The notes under the pieces were generated by a model. The model was given only the letters and a program-made list of their open reading frames with translations. It did no database searches and was not told the DNA's origin. 64,000 nucleotides of DNA from a virus, in the IMG/VR virus record IMGVR_UViG_3300045988_148972. One strand, written 5' to 3'. How positions within the stretch are numbered: the stretch's first letter is position 1; every line of letters starts with the position of its first letter. Below are positions 25,497 through 33,380 of the stretch, in pieces. The translations under genes were made by a program, and so were the position numbers.

Positions 25497-25769
25497 ATGA
25501 AAAAGAAATCAAATAAAAACGGTTACGCCAAAGTATTGAAAGATAAGGTGGATGAAATCGCACTGGAATGTGGATTCTATAAAGAGTCAAACAATCCGGC
25601 GAACCTTTCGTCAAATTACCGTGACCCTGTGCTCCCTCTTCTAATTTCGTTCTATGCTACAACCGGAACCATTGGTATCAGTTACTGCAAAGAACATTTC
25701 AAATGGTTCAAAGAATGCAAACAGAAAATGATAAAAGATATTTTTGAAAATCCATTAAACTACGTATAA
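25497..25769 (+). CDS. Hypothetical protein (90 aa)
   Basis: ORF. Confidence 0.5.
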   Translation: MKKKSNKNGYAKVLKDKVDEIALECGFYKESNNPANLSSNYRDPVLPLLISFYATTGTIGISYCKEHFKWFKECKQKMIKDIFENPLNYV

Positions 25770-25772
25770 GCC

Positions 25773-26309
25773 ATGTCAGAGCAGAAAACCATCAGTCAGG
25801 CGGTAAAAGAGGAGTTTCTGGACCTGACGCGCTGGGCAAATAATATGATCCGGCAGCTTCAGACCAACTTCGAGACACAGCATGTATGGCCGGGGGGATT
25901 CCCCGGTCCGTACATCGGATACCGCAATACGCCGGCAGCTAAAAAAAGCACCGGGCAGGCTTACCGTCGCATGTATGCCAAGGTGTTCAACGGAGCCGGA
26001 GGTGACACAAAGAAGATTTCCTTCTTCTTCAACTATTACCTGTATTTCGTGGATATGGGTGTCGGTGCCGGACAGCCCATCGAAGACGTGGAACGCAGCA
26101 AGGATGCCCGTTTCAACCAGCTTTATCAGATATGGAAGGAAGAAGGCGACCGCCAGTCACGACCTATCATTGCCATGGAGGTGCGTCACCAGCTCCGGCG
26201 ACTGGAAGTGCTCGTGTCTTCCTATTATCAGGACTTCATCGAAAACGGCGTACTGGTTTCTTTCCAGGACGAGTTTAAACGAAGTGATTATAAATTCCGG
26301 ATGAAATGA
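25773..26309 (+). CDS. Hypothetical protein (178 aa)
   Basis: ORF. Protein-like composition, in contrast to the overlapping alternative frame. Confidence 0.6.
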   Translation: MSEQKTISQAVKEEFLDLTRWANNMIRQLQTNFETQHVWPGGFPGPYIGYRNTPAAKKSTGQAYRRMYAKVFNGAGGDTKKISFFFNYYLYFVDMGVGAGQPIEDVERSKDARFNQLYQIWKEEGDRQSRPIIAMEVRHQLRRLEVLVSSYYQDFIENGVLVSFQDEFKRSDYKFRMK

Positions 26310-26310
26310 T

Positions 26311-26514
26311 ATGGGTAAACTTTACAAGCATTTTAAAGGCGGAATATACAAGCTTTTGTATATAGCCACGCATTCCGAAACAAAGGAAAAGCTGGTTGTC
26401 TACCGGTCACTAAAAGATAACAAAGTGTACGCACGCCCCTACTCCATGTTTTTTGAAGATGTGGCACCTGGTATAAAGAGATTTACATTAATCAAACTAA
26501 AAAGAACCCCATGA
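26311..26514 (+). CDS. DUF1653-like protein (67 aa)
   Basis: YKHFKGGIYKLLYIATHSETKEKLVVYRSL...YARPYSMF pattern. Confidence 0.6.
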   Translation: MGKLYKHFKGGIYKLLYIATHSETKEKLVVYRSLKDNKVYARPYSMFFEDVAPGIKRFTLIKLKRTP

Positions 26515-27014
26515 CAGAATTAAAAGAAATCATTGAAGAATGGGCCACGAAGTACAAACCCATGCTTCATACGCCCGGAGAAACCGGAAAGAACAAACGG
26601 TTTTTCCTTTTCGACAACATTGTAGCTATTCCCTCGTTCATGAGCAAGCTGCCCGACTTGAAATCGCCTTGTGTGGGCTACGAATTTGCCCAGGACGGGA
26701 CGATTAAAGGCGGTATGGACAAACCTGTGCACGTGATTTATTTCCTCGTTAAAACGGGAAATATGAATCCTACCGACAAGCAGCAGTCCTACGAAGCCAT
26801 TCAGGAAGCGAAGATGCACATGCAGAAGTTTCTGGCCTGGCTCCGTGAGCAGCAGGAGAAACGAAAGATTTTCCGGAATATCAATCTGGAAACGGAGGAG
26901 CTTCACTATTCAACCTACGGCCCTTTCCTGAACAACTGGTATGCGGTTTTTCTTGAACTGACCGATGTACAAAAAGTAGAGCTTTGCGTCGACACGAAGG
27001 ACTATGTGGAGTGA
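26511..27014 (+). CDS. Hypothetical protein (167 aa)
   Basis: ORF with an ATGA overlap to the previous gene. Confidence 0.6.
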   Translation: MTELKEIIEEWATKYKPMLHTPGETGKNKRFFLFDNIVAIPSFMSKLPDLKSPCVGYEFAQDGTIKGGMDKPVHVIYFLVKTGNMNPTDKQQSYEAIQEAKMHMQKFLAWLREQQEKRKIFRNINLETEELHYSTYGPFLNNWYAVFLELTDVQKVELCVDTKDYVE

Positions 27015-27016
27015 AA

Positions 27017-27056
27017 ATAAAATCCCGGGACGGTGCTTTCCGTTCCGGGATTTTTA
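27017..27056. terminator. Bidirectional terminator between convergent genes
   Basis: 13-bp stem AATCCCGGGACGG / CCGTTCCGGGATT flanked by an A-run and a T-run. Confidence 0.8.
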
Positions 27057-27065
27057 TTTTGTTAT

Positions 27066-27608
27066 TCATTCTCGTGATATTTCACTAAACTTACATTTAG
27101 ACTCATCCCAAGTATATTCCTTACTACGTTTAAATCTTTGTTTTTCATCCCATACTCTAAATTCCTCTACGTTAATATATAAAACAAATCCATTTGGCTT
27201 TAAAGTGATTGAAGTATAAACTTCGTCAAGAGAAACAGTAGGAGTACTTTTATATTCACTAAATTCTTTGAGAACCCTTTCAAATTCTCTCAAGAATCTA
27301 TCGGCATTTTCCATAGGATAAAGAATATCTGATCCGTCATCATCTTCATCTCCGTCACACAAAACAATGTCTTTATCTTTTATTTTATAAAAATATACAT
27401 TAGCATTTAAATCTGGTAAATCTACGTCATCATCCGGATCATACCAACTAGAAGCTACAACCAGTCGTATTCCATCCTCCATCAAAGTGATATGGTAGTA
27501 GTTATCCCATCCAAAATAATAAGTTTTTAATTCATAAGAAGCTATTATCTTCTTCAACTTCAGAATAAAATCACAAGCTCTAATTGTATTGTGTTCCTTA
27601 CATTTCAT
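27066..27608 (-). CDS. Hypothetical protein (180 aa)
   Basis: ORF downstream of rep. Contains an Asp-rich segment. Confidence 0.6.
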   Translation of the reverse strand: MKCKEHNTIRACDFILKLKKIIASYELKTYYFGWDNYYHITLMEDGIRLVVASSWYDPDDDVDLPDLNANVYFYKIKDKDIVLCDGDEDDDGSDILYPMENADRFLREFERVLKEFSEYKSTPTVSLDEVYTSITLKPNGFVLYINVEEFRVWDEKQRFKRSKEYTWDESKCKFSEISRE

Positions 27609-27619
27609 GTGATTTGTTT

Positions 27620-29083
27620 TTATTTTCTGATTTCATAAAGTAGTTTTACATCTTCGCCATACACTGCATTAAGCGCTTGTTTAAATGGTGCGCTCAGCTT
27701 TTCGTCAATATAAGTCGCTACGTATGCAGCCGGTACAGATAGTGTCACTTCCTCACCATTAAGCGAAACAAATTCTAGCGACGACAGCCATGTGCTAAAT
27801 TCAGCCGGACTTACAGAACCTTGAAGAAGTTCCATAAATGCCATCCATCGGCTTTTATCTTCTTCGCTTATTGTTTTATGCTTGACGGTTTTCTTCTCCT
27901 CTACCCTATTATCTTCTTTTGTTTCTTTTGCCTCCGGCGTGTGCTGGATAATAAAATTCTTGAGTGAAGTCACCACATAACTTTTCGGATTGTTTACCTT
28001 ATACCGGTTCATTCGGTCACGAAGTGCCAGCACTTCGGCCCGGAAATCGTTCATCAGTTCGTCAGGAAGCATATCGGTCAGCATACGCACATCAGTTTCC
28101 GTCAGTTTATATTCAGAGCGAAGCAAGTCCCAAATATCTGCGGGAAGTTTTTGCTGTCTTCGTTTACGCGACATTTCCTCCCCAAGTTCACTCAGCTTGA
28201 TTTTAAATAATATCTCGTCAGGGTTTCCTCTCTTCGTTGCGCCCTTATATACAGGTTCATAATCAAAAGTAAAGTCCACCTGATTTTCGCTGGCCATACG
28301 GTCGAGGTCTTCACGTATCGGGTCCATCACTTCCTTACAGAATTTACTGAATTTCGGGTATCGGTCTTTTTCGTAAGTCTTAGTAACTACCCCGTTCACC
28401 TCCACATTTTCCAATGTTATCACTCCCAGGAATTTCTTGAGCTCCACATATTCTACCGATTTCTTTGGGAAGTCTTTCCATCTGGAAAGATAAATATAAA
28501 TGCTTGGTGTACGTTTGCGTTTGCAGATACGGGCTATTCGGTAAATGTGGTCAAGATAACCTTTCCCGTTACCTAAATCGCACAGTTCTTTCAATACCTT
28601 TGCATCCATACGCGCTTCCACGTAGTTCATTCTCCTTTCTTTTTCTTTCGAGCCTGAAACCGGAATCATCGGCATTTCAATCGTAGAAAACAGATGTGCG
28701 TATGTACGAATAGGTCTTCCCACTTCATCATATCTGTAAAAAGAACAGTTCATCTTCATCAGATTATCGCATGCCTCACTAAGATACATATAGTCACGAG
28801 GACTTACTCCAAGAGAGGAAGCGCTGATTCGGAATGTGAGAATCTGATTGTCGTCCAGATCATCAGGGAAAAGTGACATTTGTCCGTCTGCACGTCTGTT
28901 TTTCAGAAATTCATTGAAGCGGTCTTGCATGGACTTCATGATTTCTATCATAATACTCCGCTGGTAGAGTGAAAAATCTGCCCCTACCATGGCATACAGA
29001 TAGGGTTGTTTAATAAACTCTACTGAGCTAAGTTCTTTAATCAGTGAGTTGCTTGATTCGGTGGTGCTTTTCTTCCGTCGCAT
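27620..29083 (-). CDS. Putative replication initiator (Rep) with a DnaA domain-I-like C-terminus (487 aa)
   Basis: The N-terminal region resembles plasmid Rep initiators (FIKQPYLYAMVGADFSLYQRSIMIEIM). The C-terminus RWMAFMELLQGSVSPAEFSTWLSSLEFVSLNGEEVTLSVPAAYVATYI follows the DnaA_N pattern. It sits next to the iteron array. Confidence 0.55.
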   Translation of the reverse strand: MRRKKSTTESSNSLIKELSSVEFIKQPYLYAMVGADFSLYQRSIMIEIMKSMQDRFNEFLKNRRADGQMSLFPDDLDDNQILTFRISASSLGVSPRDYMYLSEACDNLMKMNCSFYRYDEVGRPIRTYAHLFSTIEMPMIPVSGSKEKERRMNYVEARMDAKVLKELCDLGNGKGYLDHIYRIARICKRKRTPSIYIYLSRWKDFPKKSVEYVELKKFLGVITLENVEVNGVVTKTYEKDRYPKFSKFCKEVMDPIREDLDRMASENQVDFTFDYEPVYKGATKRGNPDEILFKIKLSELGEEMSRKRRQQKLPADIWDLLRSEYKLTETDVRMLTDMLPDELMNDFRAEVLALRDRMNRYKVNNPKSYVVTSLKNFIIQHTPEAKETKEDNRVEEKKTVKHKTISEEDKSRWMAFMELLQGSVSPAEFSTWLSSLEFVSLNGEEVTLSVPAAYVATYIDEKLSAPFKQALNAVYGEDVKLLYEIRK

Positions 29084-29089
29084 AGGCTA

Positions 29090-29344
29090 TCAGTTTATTT
29101 TTCGTATTTCGTAAGTATTCCCATCGGACTGGAATGTACCTACCTTCACGTATTTTTCATCATCAATAAGAGAGAAAACAGATATTCCCAACGCATCGGC
29201 CACACTTTCCAGAAATTGCAGGTTAGTACGTGACGGACCGTTTAATTTCTTTGTCAGACTTGAATTGGAAATACCCAGTCTCTTTGCCAGTTCATCCTTG
29301 CTTATACCTGACTCTTTTAATCTTTCTTCTAAATAAATCTTCAT
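29090..29344 (-). CDS. XRE-family HTH regulator (84 aa)
   Basis: ISKDELAKRLGISNSSLTKKLNG. Start set at the internal ATG (MKIYLEERL), because the upstream part of the track ORF lies in operator repeats. Confidence 0.75.
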   Translation of the reverse strand: MKIYLEERLKESGISKDELAKRLGISNSSLTKKLNGPSRTNLQFLESVADALGISVFSLIDDEKYVKVGTFQSDGNTYEIRKIN

Positions 29345-29374
29345 TGGTTCGTTATTTGGCACAAATATAGATAT

Positions 29375-29425
29375 ATTTTCCAAAAACGGAAAATAAAACG
29401 AAAATATTTTCCAAAAACGGAAAAT
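29375..29425. promoter_or_regulatory. Two 20-bp palindromic operator-like repeats
   Basis: ATTTTCC-AAAAAC-GGAAAAT at 29375-29394 and 29406-29425, 31-81 nt upstream of the HTH start. Confidence 0.65.
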
Positions 29426-29440
29426 TCTGAATGAAAATAG

Positions 29441-29573
29441 TTCGGAAAGTTTGCACATTTAATCTATATATGTTCGGAAATTTTTCCCTATATGACGGAA
29501 TCTTTACCCATACACACGGAAACTTAGTACATATTGACGGAAAGTTTACCCCTAAAAACGGAAAGTTTGCACC
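29441..29573 (+). repeat. Iteron array A (6 copies)
   Basis: CGGAA(A/T)nnTT(T/A)nCC units with CGGAA at 29445, 29475, 29496, 29517, 29538 and 29559. The last five are 21 bp apart. Confidence 0.75.
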
Positions 29574-29772
29574 TTTATTAGTATAACTATTTGTTTTATA
29601 GCAAATTACGATTTACTATATATCTTATATCATAATATCATTAATAAAAGCAGACCGATATATTTTTTCTTTTATCCCTTATTTAAGAAACTATCGTTTC
29701 TTTATATTATAACATATAGATAATTATATAGATTCTGAAAATCATTGATTATTAGGTTTTTAAAAGCATGTA
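29574..29772. other. A+T-rich spacer of the putative origin
   Basis: About 200 bp, almost all A/T, between oppositely oriented iteron arrays. Confidence 0.6.
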
Positions 29773-29880
29773 GGTGCAATGATTCCGTCAATAGGTGAAA
29801 AGATTCCGTCAGTAAGGGAAATTATTTCGTGTAAAGGTGCAAACTTTCCGAACTATATAAAGGTGCAAACTTTCCGAACT
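29773..29880 (-). repeat. Iteron array B (5 copies, inverted orientation)
   Basis: GGTGCAAnnnTTCCG units ending at 29787, 29808, 29829, 29850 and 29876. AAAGGTGCAAACTTTCCGAACT is duplicated exactly. Confidence 0.75.
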
Positions 29881-29959
29881 TTACAATAAAAATCCATCAA
29901 AACCGGAAACGAAACTCCGGACGTGCGTTAATTATGGTATAAACTAAAAACTAAACAAC

Positions 29960-30832
29960 ATGAATTTGTCGAAAAGCATTTGCATGGCTGCCATCCTGAT
30001 TATGGCGGCTTGCAGCAAGGAAAACATCATCCATCCGACGGATATGGAGCAGACGAGTGAGAAAACGTGCAGGGTGTCTTTCCTCCCGGTGTTTATGGGA
30101 ATCGGACAGGGAGACATCAACCAGTGGAATAATTCACGTGCCGGCACGCTGGCCGAGCTGGCCACTACCCTCTCCTATTGGGATTACATGGACGGCGAGC
30201 AGATGCAGGCGGACACCGTTTCGCTTCCTTCTCCCATTACCCTGAACATGAAGTATGGAGCGCATCATGTGTACTTCCTGGCTCACAGCAGTACCGGAGG
30301 AAGTATGGAAGGCATGAAATATACTCCTGAGAAAGTAACTGAGACTTTCTGGGAGGATTTCTCTCTTCAAGTGGACGAGAATATGGCTTCGAGTCAGGAA
30401 CTGCAAATGAAGCGCGTAGTAAGCCGTGCCATGATCACCGTGAAAGATGCGTTTCCTGCCTCGGTGAAATCGGTACGGATGACGGTAGGCGGTCATCTTC
30501 GCACGCTGGATGTGACTACCGGTAACGGTGACGCAGATTCCGCATCCGACTATACGATTACTTGGGAGATAGGCGAAGAGTATGCGGGCCGTAGCGGGCT
30601 TTATTTCTCCGTGTTTACCTTCACTCCTACCGAGTCGGAAGAATTTGACGTGACGCTGAAAATAGAGGCTCTGGGAGCCGACGGGAAAATGCTTTATGGT
30701 GCACAGGCTTCCGGCGTTCCGCTTCTGAGGAACCGGTGCACAAACGCCATCTGCCGTCTGTTCAGTGGAAATACGGGAATCACTTTTTCTGATCCGGACG
30801 AATGGAATCCGGCCATCGAGATAGAAATGTGA
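29960..30832 (+). CDS. Lipoprotein, possibly fimbrillin-like (FimB/Mfa2-type) (290 aa)
   Basis: Lipobox ILIMAAC-S. Visibly more G+C-rich than its flanks. The family call rests on remembered general similarity only. Confidence 0.55.
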   Translation: MNLSKSICMAAILIMAACSKENIIHPTDMEQTSEKTCRVSFLPVFMGIGQGDINQWNNSRAGTLAELATTLSYWDYMDGEQMQADTVSLPSPITLNMKYGAHHVYFLAHSSTGGSMEGMKYTPEKVTETFWEDFSLQVDENMASSQELQMKRVVSRAMITVKDAFPASVKSVRMTVGGHLRTLDVTTGNGDADSASDYTITWEIGEEYAGRSGLYFSVFTFTPTESEEFDVTLKIEALGADGKMLYGAQASGVPLLRNRCTNAICRLFSGNTGITFSDPDEWNPAIEIEM

Positions 30833-30847
30833 CATCATTCAAAAAGC

Positions 30848-30881
30848 GAAGGGCAGAGAAGCGTGTGCTCCCCTGCCCTTT
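30848..30881. terminator. Hairpin between convergent genes
   Basis: AAGGGCAG ... CTGCCCTT stem. Confidence 0.6.
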
Positions 30882-30902
30882 CGGTGTATGAATTGTGCGG
30901 GA

Positions 30903-31403
30903 TTATTTCCCCACGATGTCTTTGTAGTATTTGTCAATGAACTCCTGCGCGGCTACATTCAGCAGGTCGATGACAAACACTAAGGTATCTTTCTTTTCCT
31001 TGTTACGGCCTTTGTTCATGCTTTTCTTAATGTCTTCCAGCTGCTCCAGCATGTCTTCTTCCAGATAGACATTCCGCATGATGCGTCCCTCTTTTTCATC
31101 TTTTCTAATTCTTTTTCGTATGCCGTTTATTTTTCGTTCTACTGCGGGTGATTCGCTTTTCACGGACTCTTTATCGGGCGCAGCTTCTTGTTCCGGACGG
31201 ATGTTTTCCTCTTCCTGGTTATTTGCTTCAACGCATGAGTTTTCAGCAGTGAAGGTAGCAGGAGATTCTTCCGTCTTTTCTTCTGTCTTTTCCTGAGTCG
31301 CAGCACTCTCCTCCCCTGCCTTCTCCGCGTTGGCACGTGCTTCCTCAATGCCCTGCCGGGCATCAAGCATTGTTTCATTCAGGTTGAATCGTTGTTTAGC
31401 CAT
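30903..31403 (-). CDS. Putative partition partner (centromere-binding, ParG/RHH-like C-terminus) (166 aa)
   Basis: Lies immediately downstream of parA. It has an acidic low-complexity centre. The C-terminus IMRNVYLEEDMLEQLEDIKK fits a strand-helix pattern. Confidence 0.4.
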   Translation of the reverse strand: MAKQRFNLNETMLDARQGIEEARANAEKAGEESAATQEKTEEKTEESPATFTAENSCVEANNQEEENIRPEQEAAPDKESVKSESPAVERKINGIRKRIRKDEKEGRIMRNVYLEEDMLEQLEDIKKSMNKGRNKEKKDTLVFVIDLLNVAAQEFIDKYYKDIVGK

Positions 31404-31414
31404 AATCGTGGGTT

Positions 31415-32197
31415 TTACTGGTTATCTAATCGTGATAGAATCTCTTTTGCCAGCTCCATGTAGTCGGCAGCTCCCGTGCAGTTGGGCGCAAAATCGAACA
31501 CGTTCATGCGCTGCGCAGGCGATTCGGCCAGCTGAATGTTCGTGCGGATGGTGGTATTGAACACCTTCCCAGGGAAATTCTGATTCATCTGTTCGTATGC
31601 CTGACGGTGAAGCGACAGACGCTTGTCGTAGCGTGACATGATGTAACCAAGGATTTCAAGTTTGGGATTCACCAGCTTTTTGATTTCCTCGTATTTTGCG
31701 GTAATCAGGCCCATTCCGTCCAGGGCAAATACTTCGCAGTTGATAGGAATCAGCAGGTAGTCAGAAGCCACCATTGCATTGATAGAAACCAGTCCGTAGT
31801 TCGGAGGGCAGTCAATCAGGATAAAATCATAATGGTCTTCCAGATTGTTCAGCATCATGCGCAGGATGTATTCGCGTCCGGTACGGCTCACCAGTTCCTG
31901 TTCGCACTGGTATAAGTTCGGGCGTGAAGGAATGAAGTCGAAGCTTTCTTCGTTTTCATTTTCACAGAACACACATTCCATGATGCTGGCGTTTCCGGAC
32001 ATGGCTTCGTAAAGGGTTTTACCATCCTTTTCCGTGGCCAGACGGAATCCCATCATTTTAGATGCGTTACCCTGTGCGTCGGCATCTATTACCAGCACAC
32101 GTTTACCAAGAGAATGTAAGGCTTTTGCCAGATTGACGGTGGTAGTGGTCTTCCCTACTCCACCCTTAAAGTTGAATGAAGAAATTGTAATTGCCAT
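31415..32197 (-). CDS. parA: ParA/Soj-type partition ATPase (260 aa)
   Basis: Deviant Walker A FKGGVGKTTT, Walker B VLVIDADAQ, and IDCPP. Start set at MAITISSF. Confidence 0.9.
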   Translation of the reverse strand: MAITISSFNFKGGVGKTTTTVNLAKALHSLGKRVLVIDADAQGNASKMMGFRLATEKDGKTLYEAMSGNASIMECVFCENENEESFDFIPSRPNLYQCEQELVSRTGREYILRMMLNNLEDHYDFILIDCPPNYGLVSINAMVASDYLLIPINCEVFALDGMGLITAKYEEIKKLVNPKLEILGYIMSRYDKRLSLHRQAYEQMNQNFPGKVFNTTIRTNIQLAESPAQRMNVFDFAPNCTGAADYMELAKEILSRLDNQ

Positions 32198-32261
32198 ATC
32201 AAATGTTTTTGTTTTATTACACTGCAAAGATAGTCGTTTTTTTTCATTTCCGCCATAAATA

Positions 32262-32720
32262 CAGAAATATTTTTATGCAAAAATGTAAATATTCAAATGT
32301 ACAAACGCATAAAAGTATTTTTGAATAAAAATATAAAAGCATTTTTATGTGGATGCATAAAATAATAATAGTATAAACGAATAAAAGTATAGAAGTATAA
32401 AAACATAAAAGTATTTTTATATAAACATACTTTTGTGTGAAAATACAAAATGGGTGATGGAAAGATGTTTTAGTACAAAATCATAGAAGTATGAACATAT
32501 AAAAGAATAATTGAGTAAAAGTATAAAAACATAAAAGTATAAAAGTATGAAAGTATGAAAGAATAAAAGTATCTACATTCAAATATGCAGACATATAAAA
32601 GAATAATAATGTTTTAATACAAATGAATGAAAACATAAAAGCATGAAATAATAAAAGAGTAAAAGTATTTTTATATAAAAGCATAAAAGCATGTTTGAAT
32701 AAAAGTATTTATTATAAATC
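32262..32720. repeat. Dense array of ATAAAAG(T/C)AT-type 10-mers upstream of parA (centromere-like)
   Basis: About 20 or more copies counted by eye, e.g. GTAAAAGTATAAAAACATAAAAGTATAAAAGTATGAAAGTATGAAAGAATAAAAGTAT. Confidence 0.65.
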
Positions 32721-33052
32721 AGATAATCAATTAGTTTCAAAGTTTGCTTATGTGCGGTAAAAACATTATATTTGCAGAGAATTGAGCATGAAAATGTTCT
32801 TTGTTTTATTACACCTGGATGGGGAACAGTGGTTCTTCATCCTTTTTCTTTTTGATATTCAGAGAAAATAGGATATATTTGCATCATCATGAGAAAAATA
32901 GTAACCATGTTATTGCACACGGTGGTGTGAGTTATTTGTTATTATGAATTAATGTGTTAAGATGACATGCTCATTTCCATGTGAATGGATTTGAAAATAC
33001 ATGTTTTTTATAAATAGTTTATTGATCGCGCTTCCCTGTGAAGGGAGGTGCG

Positions 33053-33094
33053 TTTTTTTGTCCTTCATTACCATATTAACCTTGTATATCTTTG
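33053..33094 (+). promoter_or_regulatory. Late-type promoter motif, copy 1 of 5
   Basis: TTTTTTTG-TCCTTCA...N26 total...TATCTTTG (TTTG 33057-33060, -7 box 33087-33094). Confidence 0.6.
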
Positions 33095-33112
33095 TATCAA
33101 AACAAACGCAAG

Positions 33113-33376
33113 ATGAAGAAACCGACCAAACGTCTGCTCTGGACGGAGGCGTACAAGCTGATGAACGCCCGCACTCCGGACGGGAAAAACAAGCCGTTCG
33201 ACATACGTTTTGTGTGTAAGGACGGAACGATAAGCGAATGTTACAACGTGCAGCGTGCCGTTTCGTACAACCGCGAAAAGGGATACCGTAAACTGGTAAT
33301 GCCAAACGGAGATTTCCGTTACGTGTACGACGTACTTATTCTGCAGATTAACGACACAAAGATATTGGTTAAGTAG
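33113..33376 (+). CDS. Hypothetical basic protein (87 aa)
   Basis: First ATG after the late motif (MKKPTKRLLW). Confidence 0.55.
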   Translation: MKKPTKRLLWTEAYKLMNARTPDGKNKPFDIRFVCKDGTISECYNVQRAVSYNREKGYRKLVMPNGDFRYVYDVLILQINDTKILVK

Positions 33377-33380
33377 TTAT

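Noticed and set aside
25882-26304. 140-aa alternative-frame ORF beginning next to a G6 run, considered as a third homopolymer frameshift
   Set aside because: The main frame 25773-26309 is continuous and protein-like across the G-run. The alternative frame is Arg/Ser/Pro/Thr-rich noise.
30134-30838. 234-aa minus ORF antisense to the lipoprotein gene
   Set aside because: It is a typical long antisense ORF in G+C-rich DNA (Arg/His/Gly-rich). The plus frame has a lipobox and a coherent sequence.
32262-32720. Possible CRISPR array, and ORF 32481-32684
   Set aside because: The repeats are only about 10 bp, degenerate and frequently contiguous, with no unique spacers of regular length. The ORF is just the repeat translated (KYFYTFT...).
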